DNA of 64,000 bases, taken from the NCBI GenBank assembly GCA_036867785.1, contig CP145411.1, positions 1,178,001 to 1,242,000 on the forward strand. Reading direction: 5' to 3'. The translations under genes were made by a program, and so were the position numbers. Below the pieces are notes generated by a model. That model had not been told where the DNA came from. It saw only the letters and a program-made list of their open reading frames with translations, and made no database searches. This stretch comes from Plasmodiophora brassicae (lineage: Eukaryota). Each line of letters begins with the position of its first letter. Positions within the stretch are counted from its first letter, which is position 1. Below are positions 11,756 to 23,693 of the stretch, piece by piece.

Positions 11756-12457
11756 ATGGCGACTGGACTGCGCAGGGCACTGTCGACGGTCGCCTACGAC
11801 CGGGCGACCACGATCCTGTGCGTGCGACGCGGGTCCCAGGTCGTCATGATGGGCGATGGGCAAGGTCGGGCGACCCGATAACGCCTCTGCATGGTGGTTG
11901 CGCCCCCCCTGGGCTAACGCTTGGTGTAGTGTCGCGCGGAAGCACGATTGTGAAGCCGAACGCACGCAAGGTCAGGACGCTGGCGGATGGTCGCGTGCTG
12001 TGCGGGTTCGCGGGCGCCACCGCCGATGCCCTCACGCTGCTGGAGCGTCTGGAGTCGCAGCTGGAACAGCATTCGGGGCAACTGCTACGTGCGTCTGTCG
12101 AGGTTGCCAAGGCCTGGCGGACCGACAAGTACCTGCGGCGTCTCGAGGCTCTCATCGTTGTTGCCGACAAGGACGTCTCCCTGACGATATCCGGCGTCGG
12201 TGACGTCCTGGAGCCGCATGACGGTTGGTGCCGGCGAACGTGTGGCAACGCGCCCGGGTGACTGATCGCTACGAGCAGGCCTGATCGGGATCGGATCCGG
12301 TGGCGATTACGCGCTGGCCGCCGCCCGGGCGTTAATCGACATCCCCGACCTGTCCGCGGCCGAGATCGCTCGCCGATCAATGCGCATCGCAGCAGGCATT
12401 TGCGTCTACACGAACGACATGTTCGTCGAGGAGACGCTGGAGGCCACGGCCGCCTAA
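11756..12457 (+). CDS. hslV: Mitochondrial HslV (ClpQ) threonine protease subunit, 2 introns
   Basis: Presequence-like [17 protein letters not shown] then catalytic TTILCVRR...MGDGQ|VS.G...KPNARKVR...[12 protein letters not shown]...[12 protein letters not shown]...[16 protein letters not shown]...ICVYTN. Confidence 0.95.
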
Positions 12458-12601
12458 ATCGTTGCACCGAACGCTCTCGAATACATTGTATACCTGGCGA
12501 GTGTGGGCTGACGTTACAGGGTTGGGAGAAGTGGTCCCGCCGTCGGGTGGTCCTGTCAGCCAGTGACGTTCTGGCAGCGGTTGACGGGCGTCGTAGCGAA
12601 G

Positions 12602-13665
12602 ATGGCCTCGACTAGAGGGGAGGAATCCGATTCCCACCGGTCCAAGGCCCCTCGCCAGCGCGCCAGTCAATCGCTTCGCAGCATCTCCCGTATGGTGTGC
12701 TCCCGAATGTGTACCGGCCTGATAACGAGTACGGGCTGGCCGAGGCGCTCCCCTCCCGCCCTGCGCACCGCTGATCCATGTGCAGATTACAACGCGGTCG
12801 CAACCAGGCTCATCAACGATCTGCGAGCCGGCGCCGAGGAAAAGGTCCCCCCGATTCTCGCAGGCGCTACGTCGCATGTGACGCTGACGTGCCTGGGCAG
12901 GACAGGGTGGACGAGAAAAGCGTCCGCAGGCGCGTCTATGACGTTTTCAATGGTCAGCGCTCCATCGTCGTACCGATAGCTTGCCCGGTTTGCGAGACAT
13001 TAACCCTCCTTCGACAGTGCTGTTCGCATTGGACATCATCGAGAAGGTTGGCAATCGGCCCCCGTCGTCTGCCGGCGTGTTCACCTGTAAGTGAACGCCC
13101 CCTGAACGCAGGTCCCGTGGAACAAACATGTTCGCTGGAATGGGTACCGCCACGTTGTATTCAAGCGGTCGCCCGACCTGCAGAGGCAGCAGGAGCGCTG
13201 CATGGCGCTACACGCTCGCGTCGAAGAGAAACTTCGAACGTTTCTCGCCAGGCAGCGGCACTACGCGTCGCTGAAGGCGATCCTCGACCGGAACCGCGCC
13301 AAGGGCAACGACGCATCTGACAAGCTCCCGCTCCCATTCGTCATCCTTCAGTCGGCAGCGAACGCCAACATTGAGTGCCAGGTGGGGGGCACACGCGCAT
13401 GAGCCACCGTCTATCGCGACAGCGGGGGAACACCTGACTGACAGCGTTGTCGCAGATCTCGGTCGACTCCACCAGGGTCGACTGCGAATTCTCAGACAGC
13501 GTCCAGGTGCTGGAAGACGTCAAGGTGCTGGAGCAAATAGCGAGGGCGTCCTGCAACGTGGCGTGGCCGGAAGGAGACACCAGCAGTGCGAAGCGAAGCG
13601 TGCCCATGACGCCGATGCAAGCAGGGCGATCAATGGGCAACAGTCCCAGCGCAGTACTTATATAA
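12602..13665 (+). CDS. DP: E2F dimerization partner (DP) transcription factor, multi-exon
   Basis: SLRSISRMVC...YNAVATRL, EKSVRRRVYDVFN|VLFALDII, LDRNR, LPLPFVIL, IECQIS.D, EDVKVL fit the winged-helix and DP domains. Confidence 0.85.
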
Positions 13666-13695
13666 TATTGGCATGCCGTCCAGCCAAGCAATGTA

Positions 13696-15215
13696 TCACT
13701 TGCACTGCTCCAGAATGTCGCCCAGGTCGTCATCCAGAGCAAGACTGAACTCGTTGCCAGATTTGACGGAGGGCAACTGCCTGGGGGCGGGAACCGGGCT
13801 GGGAGCGAGCACTGGACTGGGAGCGCCCTGGAACGCAACGCATGAGACGGCATCATTGTATCGCTACTTGATATACTGACCGACGAGTTGTCATCGCTCG
13901 AAGGCGCCGATTGATGGAGAGGCAACTTGGGATAACAGAACTGGGTGATCTCTGTCTGGCCCTTCGCCTTCCTCGCTTTGGCGCGTGTACCTTTCGACGA
14001 CGTGGGCGTCGGTTTACGAGGCCGTCTTCTGGGTTCAGGAGCCTCGTCACGGCCACGCTTTCTGGCAGCCGGGGCCCGTTTGACCTGCGTGGCACCGTTG
14101 CTGGCACCGTTGCTCTTCTTTGCCGGCACCCTGTAGTGGTGATCGCCATCGGATTCGTCCGAGTCGGATACAACTGGCCGCGTGATGCCCCTCGTTGGTG
14201 GAGTTGGCAGTGTAGGGCGAGAGGCGAGCGACGCCGCCTGAGGAGACGACGGGCGACCCTGAGACGATTTCTTGGGGCGCGGGGGATGAACAGCAGGAGG
14301 ACTCTGGGCAGGCAGCCGCGATGCAAACGGGTCGTTGATCAGACCGGCGTACGCCGGGTTGCTCTCCTTGAGCAGTGTACAGTGCTGCCTGACGGATTCG
14401 ACAATAACATCGGAGGAGCGCACGCCATCGACACTGCTAGGGACCAGGTTGAACTGCTCGAGGCGGACCATCGATTCGGAGGGCGTCGGCTCGAGCATCT
14501 TCACCTCCGTATCGAGCGTCAGTATGTGGCCTGCGTCCAGCTCGACGGGGATCTTCGTCTCATCGATGCGTTCGGCGTCGTAGACGGTCAGGACGCGCGC
14601 GTACGCCGCCGCTTCGGGTCGGCCGGCGATCATACCCGGGATCCAGTAGAACAGACGCGCGCCTGCAGCCAGATCGACGCGAGCGACGCTGGCCCTGCAC
14701 GACAGATTCCAGTCAGTCCCGGTTCAGCGAGAGGCGGGCCACGTCCGACCACCGACCGGTGAAGGCCCTGAACGTCCTGGCAACCTGGACACGCGCAGTG
14801 CTCAGCGAATTGTGCACGGGGGCGTTATATTCGGTCGCTTACCCTGCGTCAGCTCCTTGATCTTCTCGTCGTACTCCTTGCGGTCGACCGCCATGCGTGC
14901 TTCCTGAATCCTCCTGGCGGCATGGACCTTCCTCATGTAGGCCTGGGCGCCGGTACTATCCGGCGTCTTCTGGACCGATGGGGGCCCAAGCGCGGCCGCC
15001 TTGCTCGCGTCGAACACCTTGAGATGCTCGCCGGGCAGCGGGAACTCGTTCTTGTCCAGGTCGCCGTTCTCATCCGTGAACCGGACCGTCAACGTCGACC
15101 GGTCGTCGATGGATGTGACGACGGCCGGGAACCAGGGCCCGCCGTCTTTGATCGACCCCCAGCGCTTGGGCAGGGCCCAGACGACATCGCCGAGACGAAC
15201 GCCGTCGATGGGCAT
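13696..15215 (-). CDS. PWWP/Tudor-domain chromatin protein with basic disordered tail (multi-exon)
   Basis: LGDVVWA...GPWFPAVV...LTVRF is a PWWP-like signature. Continues through ORF 13341-14633; inferred last exon GAPSPVL...DILEQCK* ends at 13696. Confidence 0.65.
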
Positions 15216-15617
15216 CGGTCCACCAGACCCCGCGCGCGCCGCCGCTGAGACCCGGACACCGCGACGGCGTCTGCGAGAGTCGAATCGAGACGCCCGCCGC
15301 CCCCTGCCCCCCCAAAGCATCGCAGTGGGGAGTCCTGTGTGGGAATAGACCGTCATTAGACCACGAACTTCGGCGGTCGTTCCTGGTACTACGTCTCGCG
15401 CACTGATCATGTTCACAGCGAATACGCGCGCGCGCGCTACCAACTCGCTGCTGGGCGTGTCCCGCAGGCAACTTGCGGAGGCGCTCGTTGAGCAGTAGCG
15501 GTGGTGCTCGCCAAGTAGGGACATTGCAGGAATCCAGACTCGTGGCATGGACCTACTGCCCGGGACGGGGTCTCGTACAGGCCCATCGGCCGGTGTTACG
15601 CCAGCAGAATATACCGT

Positions 15618-17172
15618 TTACTTGTGGAGGATCACGTTCGCGCCTGCCACCTCATTAGTGTTGGGGGTCTTCCTGGCCGGTCGGGATTCCAGGCTCGGTT
15701 TGAACATGGTGACGCGAAAGGCGCTGTCGAGGGCACGCCCGGTGTAGGCCATGCCCCAGGAGGCGATCCAGCCCCACGATGGCTGCCAGGTGACCTGAGG
15801 GGCGAGTCCCAATATGGCTGTCCCAGCACAGAACATGAGCGTCGACAAAGACAGGCCCAGCATGCCGCGGGTCAACCGCCCCAACAGTCTATCAACGCTG
15901 GGTTCGGCTCTGCGAACCGTGTCCGCAACCCCATCTTGGATACGGTTGGCGGTTCGGTAGTATCGAACCAGAATCCAGAGCACCGAGGAGCTGATTGCCA
16001 ACTGACAGACGAACAGCACCGACGACCCGACTACAACAAACGCAGGTGCGAAGTAGTACGATGCGAAGCACACGCTCATGGCCGTATCCATCGCTATGGG
16101 TATAGCACATAGTGCCGCGGTTAACAGGTGCCGGTCGCCGCGTATGACGCGGAGCGTTAGGGACTGTTCGGCGGACGGGACAATGAAGCTGAGCTTGCTG
16201 GCCCAGACCGCTGCGGACAGCACTGAGGCGGCGAACCCCCATCCGCCTAGCAATGACGTGAAATAGTTCTGAACTGGCGCTGGCAGGTTCGCCGTGCTTT
16301 GGTACCCACCAACTGCCAGAACGATGCCAGATACCGTCGATGTCGTCACCTCAATCAACAGGACCGCGTGTGCCGAATCGAATTTGCTCCATCCGAACTT
16401 CAGACGCCGACGAACCGTACGCTTGGCGTCAACGGTGCAATCGCAGAACTTCTCATTCAGGATGATGACGTGTCCGAGGAGGAAGGCGCCCGCAGTGATG
16501 CCGGACGCCAGCAGCACGACGCAGGGGATGATCCGGATGAACAGCTGGTATGGCCACGATGAAAACAACGGTCCCCAGACGTTGCTGTCGGGGTATACAG
16601 TGACGTTCACTGGTGTCCCTTGGCTAACCATCAGCTGGTAGACGTCCGGGGCGGGGCGTATCACGAGGAACGGGACTCCGAGTTTACGCGTACGGGCACC
16701 GAACGTCCCGTCATGCCAGTAGATCGTGTTGGTGGGTATCTGCTCCAGGTTTGGCCCTGCGCGGTCGCCGCCGGTCAATGTTTCCATTCCCTCATACCGT
16801 ACACGGATGAACGGGCCAACCGCTCTTACACAGATATGCCATAGCACCGGTTGCCACCATGTTCAGGTAAGCCGCCTCCATGGAGCAGTGGACGGCGTAG
16901 AACGCGTCCGCCGTGGCCATCACGACTTTTCCAGTGGCATTCAACGAAAGGAACGGGGCGCATAAATCGCCGTCAGCGACCACGATCGGGCCTGTAACTG
17001 GAACGTTGCCATCCCCCGACTGCGGCCCGGCGAAGGCCGACGCAGTCGGCGAATAGACCGACGCACCATGAAGCGGCCCGCTGGTTGCCGACGGGAACGT
17101 CACCATCCCGTGAACGCCGAGAAGGGCGACCGCACACGGAAGCAGTGCCCTCGGCAGCCGGCCTTGCGGCAT
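15618..17172 (-). CDS. Signal peptide + PA-like ectodomain + 7TM receptor-like protein (paralog A), one intron
   Basis: Signal MPQGRLPRALLPCAVALLGVHG; VTGPIVVADGDLC...GKVVM...CS.E....MVATGAMAYL resembles the protease-associated domain; seven hydrophobic segments in ORF 15618-16847. Confidence 0.75.
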
Positions 17173-17639
17173 TCCCCACGGTTCCCTAAGATTCACGAAG
17201 TCGGTACTGATCATCATTGGACGATCCGCCCCTCTCGAACGGCGACACCCAGCGAATCTCCTCGTTCCGCGTTTCGTACTGCTGCTACACCAGCTTCAGC
17301 GCTTCGAACGCGCCAACGAGATGGTGGTGAGGTCTGGGGCGCGCAAATGGCCCCAGAACGGCCCGCCATGGATTTCACGACGACAGCAGACACGGTTAGC
17401 TGGCGTCGACCTTGGCAAGACGTTAGCCAAAGCAAGCACGTCGGGGAGGGTTGTGCAGGTGCCAAAACAACGCCGCACAAAAACGCGCCCTGGAGAAGGG
17501 GCTGTCGAGAGGTGCTCATTCAGGGCACACACTCACTGGCACTGGCGCGTAGCCCTGGCCAGAGAATCTGGACGGACCGCACACTGCACACCGGCAGGTG
17601 CGGCGCAGACAGTGCGGCGCCAGAGCTGCCGCTGGACGA

Positions 17640-19249
17640 ATGGGGGATGCCGCGGGCGACGACGAGCAGATTGCCGCCGACCGCATCGCCATGCGCCGAT
17701 GGGTGCGCGCCGTCTGCGTCCTCGATTTCGACCTGTCGACCGGGCCGGTCGTCGAGATGCAGTACCCGCCGGACGCGCTGGCCGACGAGCAGACGACGTC
17801 GCTGTGCCGGATGGCGTTCCCGGATGGGCCGACGGACGCGGATGCTCGCGAGGGCGGCGCCCGCCCCGTCTACTGTCAGCGCCTCTGCCGGCCGCAGTCC
17901 TTGTTCGTCACCGTCCTGTTCCACCAGGAGCGGGACAGCGGGCATGAACGCGGCGCGATTCAGAAGGTGCTCGCCATCTGCTCGCACCTGCCCCTTCCTG
18001 AACTGTTCGCCCCGGTCGTTCGCATCCTCGGCGACATATACTTTGAGCACCCGGGGCGACCCGTTCTCGAGGCAGCCGCCAGGCAGTGGAGCCAGTGGGG
18101 CGACCCCGACTTCCGCAAGGCGCACCAGCTGCCCTTCCTCGGCACCGTTGTCGATCTACCTGCCAACTGTGTTCAGGACTGTAATGGCCTGCCGATGGGC
18201 ATGTTCTGCGGGTACAGTCGCTGGTCCCGGGACCTGGGCGCCGCCGTCGCCGACCTGTGGGCCATCTGGGAGTCGGTCCTCGTCGGCCAGCCCGTCCTCG
18301 TCATTGGCGAATCGCCGCAGCAGGTGTCGAATGCGGTCCTGGCGGTGCTGTCTGTGATCGGCCCCCACCTGGCGTACCATGCCGACTACAGGCCGTACAT
18401 GACGATATCGGATCCCGATTGTCAACACTACCAGACCATGTGCAGCCGACGTACGCTCCCGCCTTGCGTGCTTGGCGTCACCAACCTGCTCTTCAACGAG
18501 GCACTCGCCGACTTCCCCAACGTCCTCCGCCTCGGTTCGTGGCGTCTCGACCGTGGTGGGACTCGTTCCCGTTCTGACATCGCGCTGTTGTGGCAGCGAA
18601 GCCCAATGCCTCGTTCTCGGCGTCGCAGTCGCACGTCATGACCCCGGATCGGCCGTTCCTCAGGGCGCTGGCTGGTGCTGCCCATGCAGAGGCGATGCTG
18701 CGTGCCGAGTTCTCAGCGCTGACGTCCACGTTTCTGTCCGCCTTTTCGCGAATGTTCAAACCGGTGCCGCACCTGCAGCGCGTATCGCGCTCGGGATGCT
18801 CGGCTGGGGGCCCGGCCGAATTCAACCCGTACCTGGACGCGCCCAGGCTGCCTGCTGACGTCAGGGACGACCTGATCGATCATCTGGATATCGACGCCAG
18901 CAAGGGCCGGCTGCGGCTGACCCGTCGTCAGGCGCGCACACTGTACAAGCACTTCATGGCCGGGCCCAACTTCCTGCCATGGTACACGCGGGCGCGGTTG
19001 CTGGCGCAGATGGAGCTCGATGGGCGAACGGACGCCGCGATCATCGCCGCTGACAGCAACCTGGGCTCCATGGCCGATGGCCTGACGCTCGGCGAACTGA
19101 ACGCCATCCTCAAGGAGATCGACAGACGTTTGCAATGCCCGAGATCGTTGTCGCGGCCCGCCCTGCTGAGCGCCTTGCAGACCCATCGCGCGTCCATGGC
19201 GCAGCGTGCCGCGTCCCTGGGCTCTGTAATGTACACGTCGGGTTCCTGA
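17640..19249 (+). CDS. DENND6: DENN domain protein, DENND6-like Rab GEF, one intron
   Basis: WVRAVCVLDFDLSTGPVVEMQYP...LCRMAFPD, LWAIWESVLVGQPVLVIG.SP, DYRPYMTI, LGVTN, LYKHFMAGPNFLPW. Confidence 0.85.
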
Positions 19250-19275
19250 GTCGCGCCACCGACAGTTTATCGCAG

Positions 19276-20655
19276 CTAGATCGCCACCGGATCCTTGGTC
19301 TCGACGTGTATCCATGTGCGGCCGTCGTACCGCATCGAGCAACGCGACGTCTGCGTCACGTTCGGGTTCGCCGGCGTGCCGAACCGGATGCCGGCGTACT
19401 CGAGGTAATCCGCTAGCGGGCGTTGCATGCCCATGCCCAGGTCCTCGATTTCGGTCCGGTCGATCTCGTCGTTGACCTCGGCGTCGGCGGCGACGTACGA
19501 CTCCAGGATGATTCGAGCCCGCGCTTCGGCGAGGCGACCCTGCCGGGCCCAGTCCTGTTCGGCGAACACGGAGTGCTTCCTCTCGCCGTAGACGTGGGTG
19601 ACCAGGTTCAGGCGAGGCGTGAACAGGTCCCATCCCGAGGTCCAGAGGCGCGCCGCGATGAGGATCTCCTCGCCGTGGAACAGGAACTGGAGGTACCTGT
19701 CGAACGGGACGTCGTGGACCCAGGCAGCGTACCCGGCCATGAACCCGGCGCCGACGAACGGCGAGTAGCATGTCGTCGGGCGCCCTTGCGCGTCCAACGC
19801 GACGCCATCGGCCATGTTCTCGGGGCGGCACCAGTCGGGGACCTGATACAGGAGGCCCGGGGGCGCGTACTCTGTCGTCGCCATGCAATTCCACTGACGC
19901 ACGTGGTCGCCGAGCTCCTCGACGGCGCCGGCCGGGTAGTGGCTCAGCATGGTGCGGTACGGGCGCGGCATGGCGCCCAGGTTCTCCAGCAGCAGGTCGT
20001 CCCATCCCTGCAGGAACTTGGCGTGCGCGTCGATCTGCATGAAGACCGCCTCGCCGTCCCACAGCTTCGACCCGATGTACCGCGCGTGCGTCGGCCCTCG
20101 GCTGTTGCTGGCCGCCAGGCGCACGATGCGGACCTGGGAATGCACAGAGGCAGGCAGCAGGCTCTCGCATGGGATGTCGGGCGCGTCCTCGTGATCGTCG
20201 TCGTCGGTGCCCGCCAAGCGGATTTGGTCGACGACGCCGATGAAGACGCGGCTGGGGTGTGTGGCGCGCGCGAACGCATGCAGGACGGTCTCCTGGCACA
20301 GGTCGTCGCGGAACGACGCGATGGAGATGAAGATCGTGCCAGGACGTATCATCGGCAACGTACGCGCCATTCGCGCGCGATACTCTGGCACGGATTCGTT
20401 AAAGAACGGCATATCGTCTTCGGCGTAGACGTGTTCCGCCAGCGAACGGATCTGGGGCGCGTACGCCATCGGCGCCGCGGGAGCCGGCGCAGGCGGGACG
20501 ATCACCAGCACGAACAGGACAACGACGATCATCGCGAGGAACGATATGAACAGCGCAGTGATGTGCCAGGGAGACATGGCGCCGATGCGGGTCGCGAACC
20601 ATGATCGGCGGCGGCGCGGCAGTAACGGGAGGTACCTTCGCGATCGCGGCAGCAT
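19276..20655 (-). CDS. GT60-family alpha-GlcNAc transferase (Gnt1/Gnt2-like), type II membrane anchor, intronless
   Basis: TIFISIASFRD..C..T, SRGPTHARY, FMQIDAH..F..GWD, FLFHGEE...AARLWTSGWDLFTP; N-terminal TM helix. Confidence 0.9.
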   Translation of the reverse strand: MLPRSRRYLPLLPRRRRSWFATRIGAMSPWHITALFISFLAMIVVVLFVLVIVPPAPAPAAPMAYAPQIRSLAEHVYAEDDMPFFNESVPEYRARMARTLPMIRPGTIFISIASFRDDLCQETVLHAFARATHPSRVFIGVVDQIRLAGTDDDDHEDAPDIPCESLLPASVHSQVRIVRLAASNSRGPTHARYIGSKLWDGEAVFMQIDAHAKFLQGWDDLLLENLGAMPRPYRTMLSHYPAGAVEELGDHVRQWNCMATTEYAPPGLLYQVPDWCRPENMADGVALDAQGRPTTCYSPFVGAGFMAGYAAWVHDVPFDRYLQFLFHGEEILIAARLWTSGWDLFTPRLNLVTHVYGERKHSVFAEQDWARQGRLAEARARIILESYVAADAEVNDEIDRTEIEDLGMGMQRPLADYLEYAGIRFGTPANPNVTQTSRCSMRYDGRTWIHVETKDPVAI

Positions 20656-20912
20656 GCGTGTGTGTACGCAGGTCGGCGATGGCAACGGCTCGAAGGCTTC
20701 CAGAACGTTGTGTGCCGTGTGGCAGACCCGCTGCCGGCTGCAGTCTGGCAGGTACTACTCGTCCCAGAGACACGTTGCACACCGGAGCACACATGATGCC
20801 CGGTGTGGGGTCTACAGCGCGGTGTCGCAGGCAAACGTGACGACGACGCGGAGCACATGGCGATGTCAACGCGCCGGAAACCCACAATTGCCGTATTGTA
20901 CATTACGCTATG

Positions 20913-21372
20913 CTAGCCCTGAAGCAGGCTGTAGACTGTAATCCAGCTGACCTGAACAAAGAGGCAGACGAAGATGAATGCACGGGGGCGCCACGAGTTC
21001 ATCGGACCGACCAGGAATAACGAGTAGGACGTCATTGCGCCCTCCGACAGCAACGACCATTGGTCGAACTCCTCGGAGTCAATTCCCAGATACTGGAAAT
21101 ACATCAATGAAAGGATGACGTTGAGGACGGCGAACGCCGCATTCCCAGCTAGGCCTTGCAGGGGAACAATGCCCCATACGATCCCGCACGCAACGCCCAG
21201 CGCCTGCCGCATCCAGTGTACGACGTTCTCCAGCTCGCTCTGCCAGACCGATTGTCAACTTGCAGACGTACAAGGCATGGCTAGCATCGCTCACTTTCTC
21301 CCACAACTGATCCCTGCTAACGGCTTTGACGAACGGATTTGCCATCGACGCACGCTCCTTCGACGTCGTCAT
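20913..21372 (-). CDS. RAB5IF: RAB5-interacting factor / OPTI (C20orf24; Rab5ip family), 2 introns
   Basis: W.K|SELENVVHWMRQALGVACGIVWGIVPLQG...YLGIDSEEF...EGAMTSYSLFL|VSWITVYS. Confidence 0.88.
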
Positions 21373-21841
21373 GAGCACTTGGGGCTTCGGCGCACTGCGC
21401 GACACCGTGAGCCACAAAGGCCAAAAAGTGTCGCAGCACGGCGTTGGCCGAGGCGCGCCCAGCTGGTCTGACCACCACCACCAGCGCACCCGATCCGTGA
21501 GACCGTGACCCGCGCGCTGAAATGGTACAGCGCCCAGGTTCTAGCCGACGGTAAACCACATAGAGGACGAAGGGATGGGACCCGAATACAACCTCGACAG
21601 TGGGGGTACGCTGCATCCATCACCAGCACGGCCCTCGCCGTTACATAGAAATGCAGGAGAGAAACCGCGTGTGTACAACTGTGCACTCATTAGTCATCAA
21701 CCAGAAGACCATGGCCGGTGCTGCCAAGTCAGGGTGGGGTTTCCACTTTCCAGGCCAGGCCCGTTGTTTTTATTTTGGGCGCAAATTGTTGTTGTTGCCA
21801 GTCCGCGCGGCGGCCCCGGTGCAGTGCGATTCGGCGGAATC

Positions 21842-23522
21842 ATGTCGCTGGCGGACGAGAGCACGTCGACGCCCAAGCTGACGCTGGACAGTGAGCGCCT
21901 TCACAGTGTTTGAAACGGGACCGCTGCGCACACTGACGATGATGCGCTGCAGTATTCGGCGAACTACATGCCAGCCAGATGGCGAACGGGCTTCGCCACC
22001 GGAACTTCCTGCGGTATCGCGCGTACTGCTCGCGACGTCTGAGACGCCTACGCCGCTCGGTGAGGTTCCTTCATGGGCGCGGGAAGTTCGTCCAGAAGCG
22101 TGTCGAGGCGGAGACGGTGTCCTCTGTCCGCCACCTGCTGATCGTGCTGACGCTGGCGGAACGCGCGTGGTCGCAGGCGATGGACCTGCAGGCGGATCAG
22201 GAGGCGGCCACCTGTCGTACGCATTGCCACCAGCGACGTCGACTGCACAAGGCCGCCCAGTGGGCTGAACACCTGCGCTCGCTCTGCCAGGCGATCTGCG
22301 ATACGCGGACGGCGATGCAGGCCGAGGCGTACGCGGCCTGGATGCAGGGCAACGACCTGCTGGAGCGGGAACGGCACGCAGACGCCCTCGGGCTCTACTC
22401 GCGTGCGCAACGCCTTGTCGAATCCCTGGTCACCATTGCCGAGACGGACGACGATCGCGCCATCCTGCAGCAGCGCCTGAACTCGCTGCAGAACAGCATC
22501 CGGTTCTGCACGTACCATGCGAAAGGGTCGGTGGATGCCAGGGACCTGCTGCAAGCGCCCAACGATCAACTCGGTACGTCTGCTGCCGGTGCCCGGCGGT
22601 CTCCTGCCTCAGTCTAGTCAACCCTGGTGCAGACGTGATGCTGCAGACGAAGCTGGACGCGATTCGTAGCGAGCGGGAGGCGCATTTGGTGGCCCATGCC
22701 GTCGACTATGTTGAATTCGCCGGCCAGCGTATCCCGATCCTGTCGGACGCTGTCAAGACGGCCATCACGCGCGCGATTGACTCCTGCAGCGGCGTGAACG
22801 ATGCGACGCCGCTACCAGCGATCCTGACGTGTTTCGACAATCTGGACGCGGCTCGCAGCGCCATCAATGCGTCGCTGGCGTCGCCGGACACGCCGTCGGC
22901 CAACCGGGCGCCTCTGCAATCGCTGCTCCAGTTCGTGTCGCATGCGAAGGCCACCGTCACGCTGCAGCGTAACCTGAACCTGTACGCCCAGCTGGCGCAG
23001 GCGCCGAACGCGAACGAGCTGGCCGTCGTCACCGACAAGATCCTGGATGGCCTGCGGTCAATGGATCCGCGGCACGCTCGCCACGACGAGCTGTTCCCCC
23101 TCTATCAGGCGAGACGGGCGCTGCACGTCGGCCGCGCCCTGCTCCAGCAGAAGGAGTTCGCCGCCGCCCATCACTACTTGCAGCTGGCCGCGAGCACGTT
23201 CGCGCCCGATCGTGCCCAGGAGATTGACTCTGCTCGTGCGGCCGCCGTCCAATGCAGGGCGCTCGTCGCCATGCAGCAGTCGCCGCCGACTGCGACGCCT
23301 GCGTCGTCGGTGGACGCCACCACCGTCCCGCTCTGCGATCGCCTCGACGAACTCTACGTGGACGGCCCCGGTTTGATCCAGCCCCTGCCGCCCAAGTTCG
23401 ACTGCACGATGTGCAAACCCGTCACGTACGACCTGGCGTCCCAGTTCCTGGCGTACCCGGAGGTCGAGGCGCAGGCCCCGAAGGCGACCGGCGGGGGCTG
23501 GCTGAACCGCCTCTGGGGATAG
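21842..23522 (+). CDS. SRP68: Signal recognition particle subunit SRP68, 2 introns
   Basis: NGLRHRNFLRYRAYCSRRLRRLR, LAERAWSQAM, RRRLHKAAQWA, AEAYAAW, SIRFCTY, C-terminal PP.F....CKPVTYDLA. Confidence 0.95.
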
Positions 23523-23693
23523 GACGCCCTCTCTCGCCCCGTCGATCTATCGGTTCGTCCAGCTGCGTCGTGATACAGCGTGTCATTGTTGTCACATTGG
23601 GCGTGTCGGGCCCCGTCGAATCCCACAGACAGATATTGGCAAGTCTGGAAACGAGGCACGCGTACCTGCTCTGCGTCAGTCAGACGCTGAAAT

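Noticed and set aside
11756-12457. Bacterial contamination or an operon suggested by hslV, crcB and galE
   Set aside because: All three contain spliceosomal introns and lie among eukaryote-specific genes.
18713-20604. 528-aa and 393-aa ORFs overlapping GT60
   Set aside because: Shadow frames; the GT60 motifs lie in frame 19276-20685.
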